Virus record (IMG/VR): IMGVR_UViG_3300026484_000087
Span: 142,245-206,244 of that record
Strand: one strand, 5' to 3'
DNA length: 64,000 nt
The notes below the pieces were generated by a model. It did no database searches, was not told the DNA's origin, and saw only the letters and a program-made list of their open reading frames with translations. A program made the translations under genes and the position numbers. This document shows, one piece after another, positions 20,079 to 28,641 of this stretch. The stretch's first letter is position 1. Every line of letters begins with the position of its first letter.

Positions 20079-21518
20079 ATGTTAGATAATGAAAAACAAT
20101 ATGCTGCTTGTGTGTATACTGATGGTAGTGCTAATAATATGTTGAAGATATGGGGATGGGGTTCTCACGGTTATATATATGACATTAATGAAAAGCCTAA
20201 GGTTACTAAAAATAAGCCAGTTAATATGGTAGTTACTGACATAGGATATTTAGAACCAGGAGAGTTGAAGATCAAACCAAATGAATTAGTTAATCCAGTA
20301 GTTTATTTAGATTGGTATGGATCTTACCGTAGAGCTGGTACAAATAATGTTGGAGAATTATTAGCTATAATAGAAACAGTAAAAAAATTACTAGAACATA
20401 ATGTTACTAAGATAACTTTATTCTCAGATTCTACATATGCTATTGGTGTATTTAAATCTAGCAAAACTAAAACAAAAGAATCTATAATTAAAAACGTAGA
20501 AGCTAATCAGGACTTATGGTTACTTGCTAAAGATATAAATGATACTGTAGAAAAAAGTAATATAGAGTTAACTATAGAAAAGATAAAAGCACATAATGGA
20601 CATCTTGGTAATCATACGGCAGATGATATGGCTATGCTTGGTAGATACAATTCTACTAAAATAATGAATGATGAAGAGATTGATTTTACATTAAGGGAAC
20701 CACAAGGTTATTGGAAGCCTAAAAATGAAAGACATCCTTTCTTAACAGCTAAACAAATATTCTTTACCAATAACGATAAGAATCCAAATGAGTATTCTTT
20801 ATTAGGTTATAAGGAAGAAAACGAGATAGGTAAAAAAATGCATATAGCCAACTTTGGTTTAGTTGTTTTAAAAGATAAAGATGAGACTATAGACCTTATT
20901 AAGAATACATATAATGAGTTACTGGGAGAACACTCAGTAGTGTCTACTGTTAGAATGGATCTTTTATTTAAACCAGATAACTTTAAATATGTAGAAAGAT
21001 ATGGTAAGAAATGTTTAATGCCTTTAAATAAAAATAGAAGGGGTATAAGTATACTAGAAAAAGAAATAGTGGCTAACTCTATAAATCCTCCAGCGTTAGC
21101 TTATACAGCCTTAAATAACCTAGACAACCTAAGAGTTGTATTAAATGATTTTAACGCTCTGAAGGCAGATAAAGGCTATATAACAGGCAAAGAATTTATT
21201 GACATTACAGATATGTATTATACTACTAATGATAAAGGTAAAAATGTATTTAGACAGGAATTAGGTAATGATATTAAAAGTTTAAAATATGTCTATGAAG
21301 TAGATGATAAAAAAGCAGATCTTATAATTCAATTTGGTAAAGACATACTTGCTAGAAATCCTATGAAGAAACTAGAAAAATTAGAACCTAAAGTATATTT
21401 AGTTATAGTAAATAGTAACAATGTAAAGTTGGACTATTATACCATAGTTGATATAGAAAGTACAGGCGATCAATCTGTATGGAGTAATTTTTATGCAAAG
21501 ACAGTTTTTATAAAGTAA
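20079..21518 (+). CDS. rnhA: RNase HI-like nuclease with C-terminal extension (phiKZ gp155-like)
   Basis: YTDGS, TNNVGELLA, SDSTY and KIKAHNGHLGNHTADDMA motifs. ATG 20079 follows AAGGA. Confidence 0.85.
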   Translation: MLDNEKQYAACVYTDGSANNMLKIWGWGSHGYIYDINEKPKVTKNKPVNMVVTDIGYLEPGELKIKPNELVNPVVYLDWYGSYRRAGTNNVGELLAIIETVKKLLEHNVTKITLFSDSTYAIGVFKSSKTKTKESIIKNVEANQDLWLLAKDINDTVEKSNIELTIEKIKAHNGHLGNHTADDMAMLGRYNSTKIMNDEEIDFTLREPQGYWKPKNERHPFLTAKQIFFTNNDKNPNEYSLLGYKEENEIGKKMHIANFGLVVLKDKDETIDLIKNTYNELLGEHSVVSTVRMDLLFKPDNFKYVERYGKKCLMPLNKNRRGISILEKEIVANSINPPALAYTALNNLDNLRVVLNDFNALKADKGYITGKEFIDITDMYYTTNDKGKNVFRQELGNDIKSLKYVYEVDDKKADLIIQFGKDILARNPMKKLEKLEPKVYLVIVNSNNVKLDYYTIVDIESTGDQSVWSNFYAKTVFIK

Positions 21519-21547
21519 GAGTAGTATAGCATATGCTATACTACTCT
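21518..21547. terminator. 30-bp perfect palindrome
   Basis: AGAGTAGTATAGCATATGCTATACTACTCT between convergent genes. Confidence 0.75.
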
Positions 21548-21808
21548 ATACCTCATATTTAACATATGAATGTTATCTGCTATATTTTTAAAAAGATTAA
21601 ATTCTCTTGGATCTTTTTTACGATTAACTAAATTTTTTCTATAACCTTCATAATTCAGTTTTATTAAATGTTTGGCATAAGAATCAATATCTTTAAAATC
21701 TATAATGTTATAGTTTAAGTTATATAATTCAACAATGTCTAATAATAAATTATCTAGATCATCCTTAGTGAATGTTATTTCACCAAATTCAATTTTATCT
21801 GTTGTCAT
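21536..21808 (-). CDS. Hypothetical protein
   Basis: 90 aa, AAAGGAG RBS and a class II motif upstream. Confidence 0.7.
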   Translation of the reverse strand: MTTDKIEFGEITFTKDDLDNLLLDIVELYNLNYNIIDFKDIDSYAKHLIKLNYEGYRKNLVNRKKDPREFNLFKNIADNIHMLNMRYRVV

Positions 21809-21818
21809 ATTTTCTCTC

Positions 21819-21845
21819 CTTTAATCAGATAAATGTTATGGGTAA
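21819..21845 (-). promoter_or_regulatory. Class II promoter-like motif
   Basis: 27-bp exact copy of 14504-14530. Confidence 0.65.
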
Positions 21846-21878
21846 AAAAATAAATAGAGTAGAAACTACTCTATCTTA

Positions 21879-22475
21879 CTATCTAAGGTACTTGAACCAA
21901 AGATAGTAGTCATACATATTTTGTATAACGTTTAATATTAACATAACCATGGTAAATTGTATAATATCTATATGTAGAACTGATATAGATACTACTGCTA
22001 TACCTGAACCAATAGCTCCACCAATAGTTATAGTTAAGTCAGCTGCTTTTCTAATTAACTTAAGTGCTTTGTTTCCAGAATCTGTATTAAATTCTTTTTG
22101 CTCATAGGCTCTAGATGTTTCCCCAGTTATTTTTCTAATAATAGCAGATCCTATAATAACGCCATATACGATATAACCAGCAGTGGCTAAATCACTCGTA
22201 TATATAAGACTTATATATAATGCTATTAAGAAGATGGTTTCCTGTGTTATAGATGCTAACTGTCCACCTTTTAATGTAACCCAATTAGTATGGGCTACTT
22301 TGATTCCTACTAGAGCAGTTATAAATATAAGCATCTCAAAGATAGGTATCACATCATTACCCATTGCATTCTTAGCCATAATCATGAATGTAGTTAAAGC
22401 CATCCATGTTGTAGTTCCTAATAAATCACTTAGTATCATTGCTCTTGACCATTTTATATAATTTGTTCTTTTCAT
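21879..22475 (-). CDS. Polytopic inner-membrane protein
   Basis: 198 aa with about 5-6 hydrophobic segments. AAGGAG RBS, a class I motif at 22497-22505 and a hairpin at 21854-21874 downstream. Confidence 0.7.
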   Translation of the reverse strand: MKRTNYIKWSRAMILSDLLGTTTWMALTTFMIMAKNAMGNDVIPIFEMLIFITALVGIKVAHTNWVTLKGGQLASITQETIFLIALYISLIYTSDLATAGYIVYGVIIGSAIIRKITGETSRAYEQKEFNTDSGNKALKLIRKAADLTITIGGAIGSGIAVVSISVLHIDIIQFTMVMLILNVIQNMYDYYLWFKYLR

Positions 22476-22554
22476 TATGTTCTCCTTAAATTACCCATAA
22501 TATATTTTGTTACTTAAAACTAAAAAATAACAGATACCAAATTGGTACCTATTA

Positions 22555-22806
22555 TTAAAGATACTTAGACAATCTGTCTAACTCTTTTCTATATGACTCG
22601 ATCTTAGCTGCTTTCTCTCTAGCGTCTTCAATAACCCTTTCCATATTTATGCCAACTATATGTTTGGCTGACAATAATGATTGAGTATTTATTGAAAATA
22701 TCTCAAACATATATTCACTATTTATCCTAGAATAAATTCTAGAATATACATATTTGCGTCTATCTTTTTTATTTAATCTAACTCTTTTATTTAATTTAAG
22801 CATCAT
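22555..22806 (-). CDS. Hypothetical basic protein
   Basis: 83 aa, ATGA overlap with the upstream gene. Confidence 0.6.
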   Translation of the reverse strand: MMLKLNKRVRLNKKDRRKYVYSRIYSRINSEYMFEIFSINTQSLLSAKHIVGINMERVIEDAREKAAKIESYRKELDRLSKYL

Positions 22807-23018
22807 AATACCTCATTAGCTTTTACAATACACTCGATATTATTTCTAATATCAGTTGCTTGTATTGGTTCATCTTCATAGTTGAATACTATTTCACCAA
22901 TATTAAAACCCATACCGTTAAAATGCGTGCTAGCCATTCTAGCATGATCAGTTAATAGCGTTAATGTTTCTAGATTAAACACTGTATCTTCTTCCACGTC
23001 CATTCTGATATTATACAT
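22803..23018 (-). CDS. Hypothetical acidic protein
   Basis: 71 aa, TAATG overlap. Confidence 0.6.
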   Translation of the reverse strand: MYNIRMDVEEDTVFNLETLTLLTDHARMASTHFNGMGFNIGEIVFNYEDEPIQATDIRNNIECIVKANEVL

Positions 23019-23200
23019 TATCTTTCCTCCACTTTAACTATAATGTTACTGCATTCGGTATTTGACCATATTGTAACTGAACCATTCTTTACTTCCCAAC
23101 AATGACCTGTTCTTGTTTTACTTAAAGGCATTATTTCATATGCCCAACCATTACAAACCTCTACCATTTTCTCACATCCGTCTACTGTTATAACTTGCAT
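23018..23200 (-). CDS. Hypothetical protein
   Basis: 60 aa, AAGGA RBS. Confidence 0.6.
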   Translation of the reverse strand: MQVITVDGCEKMVEVCNGWAYEIMPLSKTRTGHCWEVKNGSVTIWSNTECSNIIVKVEER

Positions 23201-23233
23201 TTTAGTTCCTTATTTATTTTTTAATAATTACCA

Positions 23234-23323
23234 TTAATTGATATAGGAAATTATTTCTTTTAGAATATCTTTTAATAAAGATATCAACACAGTTCTTAAA
23301 AGAGATATTAAAAACTTTCTCAT
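23234..23323 (-). CDS. Unannotated 29-aa amphipathic/hydrophobic peptide
   Basis: MRKFLISLLRTVLISLLKDILKEIISYIN with an AGGA RBS 6 nt upstream. It is below the ORF-track cutoff. Confidence 0.5.
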   Translation of the reverse strand: MRKFLISLLRTVLISLLKDILKEIISYIN

Positions 23324-23343
23324 GTGGATTCCTAGTCAAATTT

Positions 23344-23374
23344 TACAGTATGGTACCGTCAGTACCATACTGTA
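23344..23374. other. 13-bp-stem hairpin within a structured leader
   Basis: TACAGTATGGTAC-CGTCA-GTACCATACTGTA. Confidence 0.75.
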
Positions 23375-23565
23375 GTCATTTGTTTATTTCTAGTTAATCC
23401 ATCGAACTAAATCGATCCACCATATTAAATGGTCCATTCACTAACGATACGTATACCGTAAATGATGGTTCACAGTAATTACAACTGCAAACTCTAATTA
23501 TATTATATATGGTTGAAAAAAAATGGAAACTCAACTTAGAGCATTTAATGCTCTAAGTTGTTAAA

Positions 23566-24231
23566 TTACCTTTTTTTCTCTGTACCAGATAACAAAGCCA
23601 CAGAATTAAATTTAAAATCCAATAAAAGTTTATCTTGTCTATGGTAGTAGTATTCTGTTTTCTTAACAGCTAATATGTTACTTTCACGACTAAAATGATC
23701 TTCATTGAAATCTACACCTAGATACTCTGCTCGATTTTTCTCAACTTCCATGTTTAAGAAATATATTTTTCTATAGATTTCGTACCTAGTCAATTTTGGT
23801 TGTTTATAGTAGATGCTGTTTGATTTAGATCTGGTCCATATAATATCCATTTCATTGTTGGTTTTTATACTTGGGTAGATATCTACGAACCTTTCAGCCA
23901 ATTTACCAAAATTATCTAAATGAATCTCTGGCATATCTATATAGAATCTACAGTTATTCTCTAGAATAAAACTATTTATTATCTTAACTATGTCATCTTT
24001 TGATCTGGCTTCAAGCACAGTATAATTTACATTTTTAAGCTTACCAAATGTTCTTATATCATCAGCTTTGGCACATGCTTGCTTTATGGCTTCTGCTGTT
24101 TCCTCACATGTTATGAAGATGGAGTTATAACTTGTACCACTGGTTTGTTCTGTTATAAATAACCTAATAAGCTCGGTTGTTTTACCGCTTCTTGCTTTAC
24201 CTACTATACATTTTATTTTATTCTTTTCCAT
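23566..24231 (-). CDS. RecA/KaiC-like P-loop ATPase-domain protein
   Basis: Walker A GKARSGKT, FITCEET strand motif and a possible Walker B FYID. Confidence 0.55.
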   Translation of the reverse strand: MEKNKIKCIVGKARSGKTTELIRLFITEQTSGTSYNSIFITCEETAEAIKQACAKADDIRTFGKLKNVNYTVLEARSKDDIVKIINSFILENNCRFYIDMPEIHLDNFGKLAERFVDIYPSIKTNNEMDIIWTRSKSNSIYYKQPKLTRYEIYRKIYFLNMEVEKNRAEYLGVDFNEDHFSRESNILAVKKTEYYYHRQDKLLLDFKFNSVALLSGTEKKR

Positions 24232-24249
24232 AGTATTTCCTTTTATATT

Positions 24250-24843
24250 TTAAATTTCTACCATTAATGCTTTATCTGTATCTTTAAAATACACTTCAGC
24301 TCCATTAAACCACTTATCTATTAGATCTATTTCTTCACATATATCATCATATGTTAATATAAGATCTTTATCACTAAACATATTAGTTTTATATAGCCCA
24401 ATATCATTCATGAAGAATGTATCACCTCTAGCGTTAATAACCTTAGCATAGATTTTATCATTCTTTCTAAGGTAAGACTCTGAATAATAATAGATTCCAT
24501 AGATGTTAAATTCATTTACATTTCTGGTTTGAGGTTTAACCTTAATGTATATGTTATCAAAACTGGTTTTAGTAATGGATGCTATGCTACATTTAACTTT
24601 AGCCAAATTACTACCACCACTACCTATGACATGTTTTATTTCAATAGTAGGTACATAAATAGTAAAATTCAACTTAGGTCTGCCAATAAACTTTGTTGGT
24701 AAAAATACATAACCATCAAATTGTGCCAAATGTACTTTAAATGCTCTAAGTTCCTTTTCAGCCAACTCAAGGTTTCTATCCTCATGGACAGGATACGAAT
24801 TAAACATTCGTATATCGTCTTTATCTTTTAAAATGTTGGACAT
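24250..24843 (-). CDS. KH-domain (GxxG) putative RNA-binding protein
   Basis: IKHVIGSGGSNLAKVK matches the KH helix-GxxG-helix motif. Confidence 0.6.
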   Translation of the reverse strand: MSNILKDKDDIRMFNSYPVHEDRNLELAEKELRAFKVHLAQFDGYVFLPTKFIGRPKLNFTIYVPTIEIKHVIGSGGSNLAKVKCSIASITKTSFDNIYIKVKPQTRNVNEFNIYGIYYYSESYLRKNDKIYAKVINARGDTFFMNDIGLYKTNMFSDKDLILTYDDICEEIDLIDKWFNGAEVYFKDTDKALMVEI

Positions 24844-25247
24844 TATAAGTACTCCATCTTTGTATTTTCAGATATAGTTATGCCTTTATGCTCATATATG
24901 TTTTCTAATGTATCTGTAAAATCTGTATCAATATATGCTAAGTTATCGATATGCGATTCCTTAAGTTCAGCAACAACATCTGCATCTAGAACGATGATCT
25001 TTTTATCCTCATCAACTTTATATGTAATATCATGGTTCTTAAAGTATTTAATAAACCATACAAATATACTTTCACTTTCTTTAACATAAAGTTCGCCTAA
25101 TTCATTCTCTATTTCTTCTAATCGCTCATCGATATCATCAAGTCCATTTACATGACTCTCATCTATGTCTAAACCTTTACATCTGATAACTTCAGCTTGT
25201 GCAAGTAACTCTTCTTCTTCTTTTCTTAAACTTTCTATTCTAGTCAT
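24843..25247 (-). CDS. Hypothetical acidic protein
   Basis: 134 aa, AAGGAG RBS, downstream of a class I motif plus hairpin. Confidence 0.7.
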   Translation of the reverse strand: MTRIESLRKEEEELLAQAEVIRCKGLDIDESHVNGLDDIDERLEEIENELGELYVKESESIFVWFIKYFKNHDITYKVDEDKKIIVLDADVVAELKESHIDNLAYIDTDFTDTLENIYEHKGITISENTKMEYL

Positions 25248-25271
25248 AACGACTCCTTTATATTTATATCT

Positions 25272-25303
25272 GATACTGCCATGTATCTATATTAATAATA
25301 TAT
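25272..25303 (-). promoter_or_regulatory. Class I promoter-like ATATATTAT plus GATAC-ATGGCA-GTATC hairpin
   Basis: Copy 2 of 4. Confidence 0.7.
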
Positions 25304-25320
25304 AAGTAAAAAAAATTAGA

Positions 25321-25352
25321 TAACTACTTAGGACATATGTCCTAAGTAGTTA
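25321..25352. terminator. 32-bp perfect palindrome
   Basis: TAACTACTTAGGACATATGTCCTAAGTAGTTA at the stop of the HNH-fusion gene. Confidence 0.75.
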
Positions 25353-26831
25353 CATCTTAACGATTTTTATAAGGTTATTAACCATGCCTATTTGATGGTT
25401 TATTAAACTATAATTAGTCATTGCTATAGATATCAAACTAGCATTATTATCTAGACCAGTAGATAATGCATGTAATGTAGATTTAGTTATTTCAAACTTA
25501 TTATCTTTACTAACAATATGTTCATGTAGCATATTAGTTTTTTCAGCTATCTCTTTAACTAAGCTATCTATTTTACTAAAATTAACCTTACCAAGTTTAT
25601 TTCCTAGAATGGCAGTATCTTCAGCAAGCTTAGGCAATGAAGTTAAATTTGGTACAAGTTTACCAACTGGCATTCTATCGTTGTTAGAGTTAACATCTAT
25701 AACCCCAGATAGATTATTTTTTATCTCATAAGCAACTTCTTCGGTTTTTTCAAAAAGTGTTTTCTTAGGTTTAAAAGATTTTCTGTAATCTTCATCAGAC
25801 ATTATCTTACTTAAGATGACATTTAACTCACTAAGAGAATCTATAATTAAAGAACCTAACATATGTTCATTTTTACTAAGTTTATTTTCAAGTTCTATTA
25901 GGTTAGTGTTTAAACCAATAACGACTGGGGTTTCTCTAGATTCTATACTAGCATAACTTTTATTCTTAATAATTCTCTTAAGAGAACTAATATCACTTCT
26001 AAGTTGTCTAAGTTCTTTATTGCTTTCACCAGATATACCACTTATGGTTTCTGTAACACCAGAGAATAATTCGCTAATAGAATTTAATCTATTTAAAACA
26101 AAGTTATTTATATTACTAATTAAACCATTTTCATTACTAAGCATATTAACCGCTTCATCTACTGATTCAAAACTAAGAGTTTCTTCTAACGTTACTAACT
26201 GATTAACTTTTTCCATATTCTTTTTCCTTTTATCCCATACATCTTGTATGTTCTGTGATTGACTACCCCATTTAAGATTGGTAGCATTACAATTCTCTTT
26301 ATTATCGTCCTTATGCATAACGACAAAACCTTTTGGACCAACTCCATGAAATGCAGTACAAACCAATATATGTACATACTCCATTTTACTTTTGGTGCTA
26401 CCATCTTTAAAAATAGATACTTTAAGATAGTGTCCAGCACTAACACCTTTAGTAAAATTACCTGTTTTCAATGTAAGTATTTCTCCAAGGTTACTCGCCA
26501 GATACTTACTAAATCCAGGTATAGGTTTCCATATTCTATCCATAGCATTTAATGGGACAGGTATCCTATTTGATACATCTACATTAACTGGCAACTCAAT
26601 TGGTATTATGTTTTTATGTATATAAGGAGCTTCCTCATCTACATATAGGCCATCATCTGATAGACTAAATACTTTATAGTACCATCCATCAAGTTTTCTA
26701 TGTTTTTTCTTAATAGCTTTAACAAGGTCTTTTAATGTCTTATACATTTTTATATAACCAGTGCTATTTACCTTAATTTCTATTTTTTTATTAAGTATAT
26801 CTGTTTTATAAATTGGTAAATATAATACCAC
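25350..26831 (-). CDS. NUMOD4-HNH endonuclease fused in frame to a putative head protein
   Basis: GTG start after AAGGAG. NUMOD4 WKPIPGFSKYLASNLG and HNH VHILVCTAF...HKDDNKENCNATNLKW. An internal AAAGGA RBS plus ATG at 26216 opens a 288-aa helical domain with S-x-E motifs. Confidence 0.75.
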   Translation of the reverse strand: MVLYLPIYKTDILNKKIEIKVNSTGYIKMYKTLKDLVKAIKKKHRKLDGWYYKVFSLSDDGLYVDEEAPYIHKNIIPIELPVNVDVSNRIPVPLNAMDRIWKPIPGFSKYLASNLGEILTLKTGNFTKGVSAGHYLKVSIFKDGSTKSKMEYVHILVCTAFHGVGPKGFVVMHKDDNKENCNATNLKWGSQSQNIQDVWDKRKKNMEKVNQLVTLEETLSFESVDEAVNMLSNENGLISNINNFVLNRLNSISELFSGVTETISGISGESNKELRQLRSDISSLKRIIKNKSYASIESRETPVVIGLNTNLIELENKLSKNEHMLGSLIIDSLSELNVILSKIMSDEDYRKSFKPKKTLFEKTEEVAYEIKNNLSGVIDVNSNNDRMPVGKLVPNLTSLPKLAEDTAILGNKLGKVNFSKIDSLVKEIAEKTNMLHEHIVSKDNKFEITKSTLHALSTGLDNNASLISIAMTNYSLINHQIGMVNNLIKIVKM

Positions 26832-26854
26832 TAATTACTCCTTATAATACATTA

Positions 26855-26878
26855 TTTCATATAAATGTTAGGTGGTAA
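26855..26878 (-). promoter_or_regulatory. Class II promoter-like variant
   Basis: Minus strand reads TTACCACCTAACA-TTTATA-TG. Confidence 0.55.
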
Positions 26879-26895
26879 AAGAAAAATACCATTAG

Positions 26896-26921
26896 GTTAG
26901 ATGTGCCATGGCACATCTAAC
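26896..26921. terminator. 26-bp perfect palindrome
   Basis: GTTAGATGTGCCATGGCACATCTAAC. Confidence 0.7.
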
Positions 26922-27002
26922 ATTATTTCTTAAGTTAATAAATATTGCATGACAATAGTGTATTGCTATCATTATCAATTTGATATTTAAGCTTATACTT
27001 TA

Positions 27003-27656
27003 TTAGACACCCACATTTTCATCTTCCTTCCTAATCATATGCAAGGTTAAGTTTTTATTATCTACTTTAAAATACTTAAAAGGATTACTTTCTTCAGTTA
27101 CATAGCCAGTAACTACATGTGGTCGATACCCCTTTCTAACAAAGATACCAACATTCTCCATAGAGGCTAAGTACTCTTGACCATCATACTGATCTAAATT
27201 ATTTAATTTAGTTATGATATTAATTACATTAGCATTACTTAAACCTTCATTCATGTCTATCATAACAACATTTTCTTTTGGTATCTTATTGCATTTGTTA
27301 CCACAGATATCGTCAATTTCATCATCTATAACTATATATGTTTCCACATTGTGTCCAAATTCAAACAGGTAATCCAATATCTGTTCGCCTCTAAGATTCT
27401 TCTTCCTAGGAGTTGAACCAATTATGCGATCTAGATATTTAAATCTCTGTTTCTCTAATTTTCTTTTAAGTTGATTTTCAAACCATGATGACGAAATAAC
27501 TATTTTTAAATCAGGCACTCTTTCAAGTATAAATTCTAATCTTACCATAAGATGATGTTCAATTGGATCATTTCCAATATTATTAAAGCCATGACTGTAG
27601 TAACTTGGACCCATGATATTAAGTACACCATCTACATCTAAGAATAATATTTTCAT
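27003..27656 (-). CDS. HAD-family phosphatase (HAD_SAK_2-like)
   Basis: ILFLDVDGVLN (DxD), ISSSW and YIVIDD motifs. Confidence 0.8.
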   Translation of the reverse strand: MKILFLDVDGVLNIMGPSYYSHGFNNIGNDPIEHHLMVRLEFILERVPDLKIVISSSWFENQLKRKLEKQRFKYLDRIIGSTPRKKNLRGEQILDYLFEFGHNVETYIVIDDEIDDICGNKCNKIPKENVVMIDMNEGLSNANVINIITKLNNLDQYDGQEYLASMENVGIFVRKGYRPHVVTGYVTEESNPFKYFKVDNKNLTLHMIRKEDENVGV

Positions 27657-27859
27657 TACTGACCACCAATATAAAAAACAATGGTACCATCATCTAAATT
27701 TTTTAAACCGTGCTTAGTATTAGTAAAGCGAGCTGGGTGTTCATGTAAGCTTCCATCAAGATCTTGTTGTACGAACCCCTTTCTATCAACAATAATAATA
27801 TTACTAGTAGTTCTAGATATTGGTTCGAGAAACGACTTTTCAATATTGTAATTCTCCAT
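27656..27859 (-). CDS. Hypothetical protein
   Basis: 67 aa, TAATG coupling to the HAD gene. Confidence 0.6.
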   Translation of the reverse strand: MENYNIEKSFLEPISRTTSNIIIVDRKGFVQQDLDGSLHEHPARFTNTKHGLKNLDDGTIVFYIGGQ

Positions 27860-27870
27860 AATAATCCCCT

Positions 27871-28641
27871 TTATTCCATTACAGATTCACCAGTAGACTT
27901 AAAATACTTTAAGTCTACTGTAGCATCGTGTTCTAAATACTTAGCTGTATTATAAACACACATTGTTTTATCTATTTTATGTTTTACGTTCATGCTACTT
28001 AGTAAAATAGAATGTCCTTTAACACATTGATTATAGTATTCACCAAATAAAGTTATCTCAGTATCCTCACCAATTTCAATATGTTTGTAAAAATGTTCTG
28101 CAAACTTATTTACATATGGAATGCTACCATGACTAAATTGCATAATATTTATATTATTAATCTCTAAAGATTTAAATTTATTCATATGCTGTTCGAACTT
28201 ATCCATAAAACTATAATCGCCATCAAATAGAATTCCAGAGAACTCTGTAGCCATTAAATCTTCTATATGTTTACTCCTAAATAATTTATTTAAACGATGT
28301 TCTAAATTAAATTTTCCTAACGCAATATTATTTTTATATCTTTTAGGAGTTTTTATCTTAGTTGTTAACATATCTAAGAAAATCTTTATACCTTGTTTAC
28401 GAATAGGACATGCTATGCCATCTACAATAAACTCTTTACCATATAGGTAATACTTAATAATATCACTACTAAACGCTTTAATATATATTAAACGTAGTTT
28501 AATGTCAACGGTACATTGGTATATAATAACTGTATCAAAACGTTTAATGTATTCTATATATTCATCCATCATCTTAGCATTATTGTTGTTGCCAATAGTG
28601 GACCATCCTGGATGAACCAGGATACCTACTTTAGTTTTCAT
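27871..28641 (-). CDS. Hypothetical protein, possible cysteine-hydrolase (isochorismatase-like) fold
   Basis: ILVHPG at the N-terminus and TLFGEYYNQCV near the C-terminus. The CDS is solid; the fold call is weak. Confidence 0.4.
   Translation of the reverse strand: MKTKVGILVHPGWSTIGNNNNAKMMDEYIEYIKRFDTVIIYQCTVDIKLRLIYIKAFSSDIIKYYLYGKEFIVDGIACPIRKQGIKIFLDMLTTKIKTPKRYKNNIALGKFNLEHRLNKLFRSKHIEDLMATEFSGILFDGDYSFMDKFEQHMNKFKSLEINNINIMQFSHGSIPYVNKFAEHFYKHIEIGEDTEITLFGEYYNQCVKGHSILLSSMNVKHKIDKTMCVYNTAKYLEHDATVDLKYFKSTGESVME

Noticed and set aside
23324-23500. tRNA genes in the large intergenic gaps (also 50206-50652)
   Set aside because: No cloverleaf with a T-loop GTTCRA and acceptor stem was found by eye; tRNAscan-SE or ARAGORN would settle it.
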